Position numbers and translations under genes: made by a program
Part shown: positions 15,171 to 17,104 of the stretch, piece after piece
Numbering within the stretch: position 1 is the first letter of the stretch
How the letters are laid out: the number at the start of each line of letters is the position of its first letter
DNA from: Promethearchaeota archaeon
Lineage (GTDB): Archaea > Asgardarchaeota > Odinarchaeia > Odinarchaeales > JBHLKK01
Reading direction: 5' to 3'
NCBI GenBank assembly: GCA_048939465.1
Contig: JBHLPL010000036.1
Coordinates: 1 to 17,104, forward strand
DNA: 17,104 nt
Notes under the pieces: generated by a model
The model's database searches: none
Seen by the model: the letters and a program-made list of their open reading frames with translations, nothing else
Told to the model about the DNA's origin: nothing

Positions 15171-15683
15171 GTGATAAAGGCGGTCTTCTTTGATTTAGGG
15201 GATACATTAATTTCCGAAGAAGTAGTGGAGAGAATGTCGCTGCGGGATGCAAAACTGGAGAAACTGCCGTACGTTGATCGTGTTCTGAATAAGCTAACGG
15301 AAAAATACAAGCTGGGGCTAATAACTAATACTACAACTTCCAGAGAAGAGGACGTAAGGTGTGCGTTACGTAGAATTGGCATAGAAAAATACTTCGATGT
15401 AGTCTTAACATCGGTTGATGCGAATTCAAGAAAACCGGATGAAAAAATCTTCCAAATAGCTCTTAGTGCCATTGGAGTTAATCCGGAAGAAGCTATTATG
15501 GTGGGCAACCGCATATCAAGTGATATTTTGGGTGGGAATGAAATGGGTATGAGGACGATCCTGTTTAGGTGGAATGAAAGATACCCCGAAAGAGTCAATT
15601 CGCCACAAGAAAGGCCAACTCGAATAATCAAATCGCTCAAGGATTTGCCAAAAGTTCTTGAGGGACTGGAAAGAGAATCTTAG
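15171..15683 (+). CDS. HAD-superfamily hydrolase
   Basis: AVFFDLGDTL, LITN, RKPDEKIF, MVGNRISSDILG. GTG start. Confidence 0.85.
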   Translation: MIKAVFFDLGDTLISEEVVERMSLRDAKLEKLPYVDRVLNKLTEKYKLGLITNTTTSREEDVRCALRRIGIEKYFDVVLTSVDANSRKPDEKIFQIALSAIGVNPEEAIMVGNRISSDILGGNEMGMRTILFRWNERYPERVNSPQERPTRIIKSLKDLPKVLEGLERES

Positions 15684-15704
15684 GCCTATGACGTTCTGAG
15701 AGGT

Positions 15705-16862
15705 TCACAATTTGCCGAAGAAATCGGTCAAACGATTGATTCCTTCCTCCAGATCCCTATCTGGTATAGCATAGCATATTCTGAAGTTGTATTCACCGCC
15801 AGCCCCAAATAACGTTCCTGGGGCCACAGCCACGCCTGCATCAAACAGCATTCTTTTGGAAAGGTCATCGGCACGGATTCCGAAACTCTTTGCGCTTGGG
15901 TAGATGTAGAATGCTCCTTCAGGAATCTGAAAACCAAGACCGCCTATCTTTTCGAGTCCTTCGACAATAGCATCTCTCTTCGCGCTGCTTTGTATGAGGA
16001 GGTTCTTGACGTAGGATTCAGCTTCTTTCAGAACATCTATACATGCTCTTTGGATGAAAGTCGGGGGCCCAGTTACACTGTGCTGTTGCACAATGTTCAT
16101 TGCATCTATTAGTTCTCTAGGTCCAGCAGCATATCCAATTCGCCATCCTGTCATCGCAAAGACTTTGGAAAAGCTGTCAACCACTAAGGTTCTATCTCTT
16201 GCACTCTTGATAGATGCTTGACTTATATGCTTCCTGCCCCCATAGATGTAAGCCCAGTCAACCTCATCGGATAGTATGAGAATCTCATGATCCTCTGTTA
16301 AGTCGCTTATTGCTCGAAGGCTTTGAACATCCAGAACTCCTCCAGTAGGATTATTAGGCGTATTAATGACGAGGACCTTTGTTTTGGAAGTTATTGCTCC
16401 TTTCAGTCTTTCCTCATCGACCAAGTAAGGTTCTTTGGCAAGTACCTCCTTGATTCTCTTACATCCAAAGAGGAGTGGGATGGCTTTGAAGCTACTCCAG
16501 TAAGGAGTCAAAAGGATGACTTCGTCTCTGGCCGAGAGCACGGAGGCAAAAAATGAGTATATTGCGAATTTCGCTCCTGGAGTAACAATTATCTCTTCGG
16601 GATCATAGTTCAAGTCTCTCGATTCTTTCAAGAACTTGGTGATAGCTTCCCTCAGTTCAAGAATGCCTCTCGTGGGGGCATAACGAAGATGTCCCTCTTC
16701 CAAGGCTTTAACGGTAGACCCTATAGCTGACGGGGGAGGATCAAAATAAGGCTCTGCTACATCAAATCTCACGACTTTGATCCCTTTTTGGATTTCCACC
16801 CTTGCGATGTCATCAGCAATCGCAACAGGCGATATCGGTATCGAGCTAAAGTCCTTGATCAT
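15705..16862 (-). CDS. PLP-dependent aminotransferase class I/II (aspartate-aminotransferase-like)
   Basis: YAPTRGILELREAI, INTPNNPTG, ILSDEV, SFSKVFAMTGWRIGY (PLP Lys), GAFYIYP, FRICY. Confidence 0.93.
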   Translation of the reverse strand: MIKDFSSIPISPVAIADDIARVEIQKGIKVVRFDVAEPYFDPPPSAIGSTVKALEEGHLRYAPTRGILELREAITKFLKESRDLNYDPEEIIVTPGAKFAIYSFFASVLSARDEVILLTPYWSSFKAIPLLFGCKRIKEVLAKEPYLVDEERLKGAITSKTKVLVINTPNNPTGGVLDVQSLRAISDLTEDHEILILSDEVDWAYIYGGRKHISQASIKSARDRTLVVDSFSKVFAMTGWRIGYAAGPRELIDAMNIVQQHSVTGPPTFIQRACIDVLKEAESYVKNLLIQSSAKRDAIVEGLEKIGGLGFQIPEGAFYIYPSAKSFGIRADDLSKRMLFDAGVAVAPGTLFGAGGEYNFRICYAIPDRDLEEGINRLTDFFGKL

Positions 16863-16871
16863 ATGGATACA

Positions 16872-16889
16872 CCCTTTGATGACAAAGGG
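16872..16889. promoter_or_regulatory. Perfect 7-bp hairpin just upstream of the aminotransferase start
   Basis: CCCTTTG-N4-CAAAGGG ends 10 nt before ATG 16862 and overlaps the AGGGTG SD-like sequence on the minus strand. Confidence 0.35.
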
Positions 16890-16982
16890 CTTGCCTGTAG
16901 AAAAAGGTTTTTCAAAAGAAAGGAAATCAGTGGTCCTCCATGAAGGTAGTCAATCAAAAGTTGAGAGACCACAAAGGCGGTC

Positions 16983-17104
16983 TTATAGACCTATCACAGA
17001 GCAGGCGGCCCTATAAGTCTCGAAGATTTCCTTTGCTGCCCTGACAATGGCCTTTTGCTCCTCCCGAACTAACATGTCCCACAGATCGAAGCCAAAGCTT
17101 CTAC
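16983..17104 (-). CDS. 3' end of an unidentified protein entering from the right edge
   Basis: Open frame ...RSFGFDLWDMLVREEQKAIVRAAKEIFETYRAACSVIGL* (TAA at 16985-16983). Too short to assign. Confidence 0.55.
   Translation of the reverse strand, partial: RSFGFDLWDMLVREEQKAIVRAAKEIFETYRAACSVIGL

Noticed and set aside
1-17104. CRISPR arrays, tRNA/rRNA genes, transposases, integrases
   Set aside because: No regularly spaced repeats, cloverleafs with T/D-loop consensus, or recombinase/transposase motifs were seen.

Overview
This 17.1 kb window reads as archaeal genomic DNA: it has BRE/TATA promoters, GGAGG/GGTGA ribosome-binding sites, many TTG starts and archaeal-type enzyme families. An uncultured anaerobe such as a Bathyarchaeia-like lineage is a guess only. 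About 20 CDSs can be supported. The most striking content is a sulfur/redox cluster at 2.7-11.2 kb. It comprises a lipoate-protein ligase fused to a Cys-rich DUF116-like domain, a divergent geranylgeranyl-reductase-like flavoprotein (LipT candidate) and a LipS2-type radical SAM enzyme (TSGCPGCNRP motif). Between them lies a short operon with a NuoC/MbxK-like subunit, a single 662-aa NuoI-NuoB-NuoD (MbxN-J-L) triple fusion, and a translationally coupled 26-aa hydrophobic ORF. The fusion's large-subunit part keeps only two of the four NiFe cysteines (CxxD/CxxD), as in membrane-bound sulfane reductase, and no membrane-arm genes occur in the window. The ORF track misses or truncates several genes: an EamA transporter running off the left edge, the full nuoC-like gene (no canonical start), three small ORFs and a partial gene at the right edge. 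A TTAGAAC-N4-GTTCTAA palindrome occurs twice, plus a half site, downstream of three small orphan genes. A ~175-nt structured leader or sRNA candidate precedes a DUF362/radical SAM gene pair. No rRNA, tRNA, CRISPR array or transposase is evident. All family calls come from motif recognition; no database search was run.
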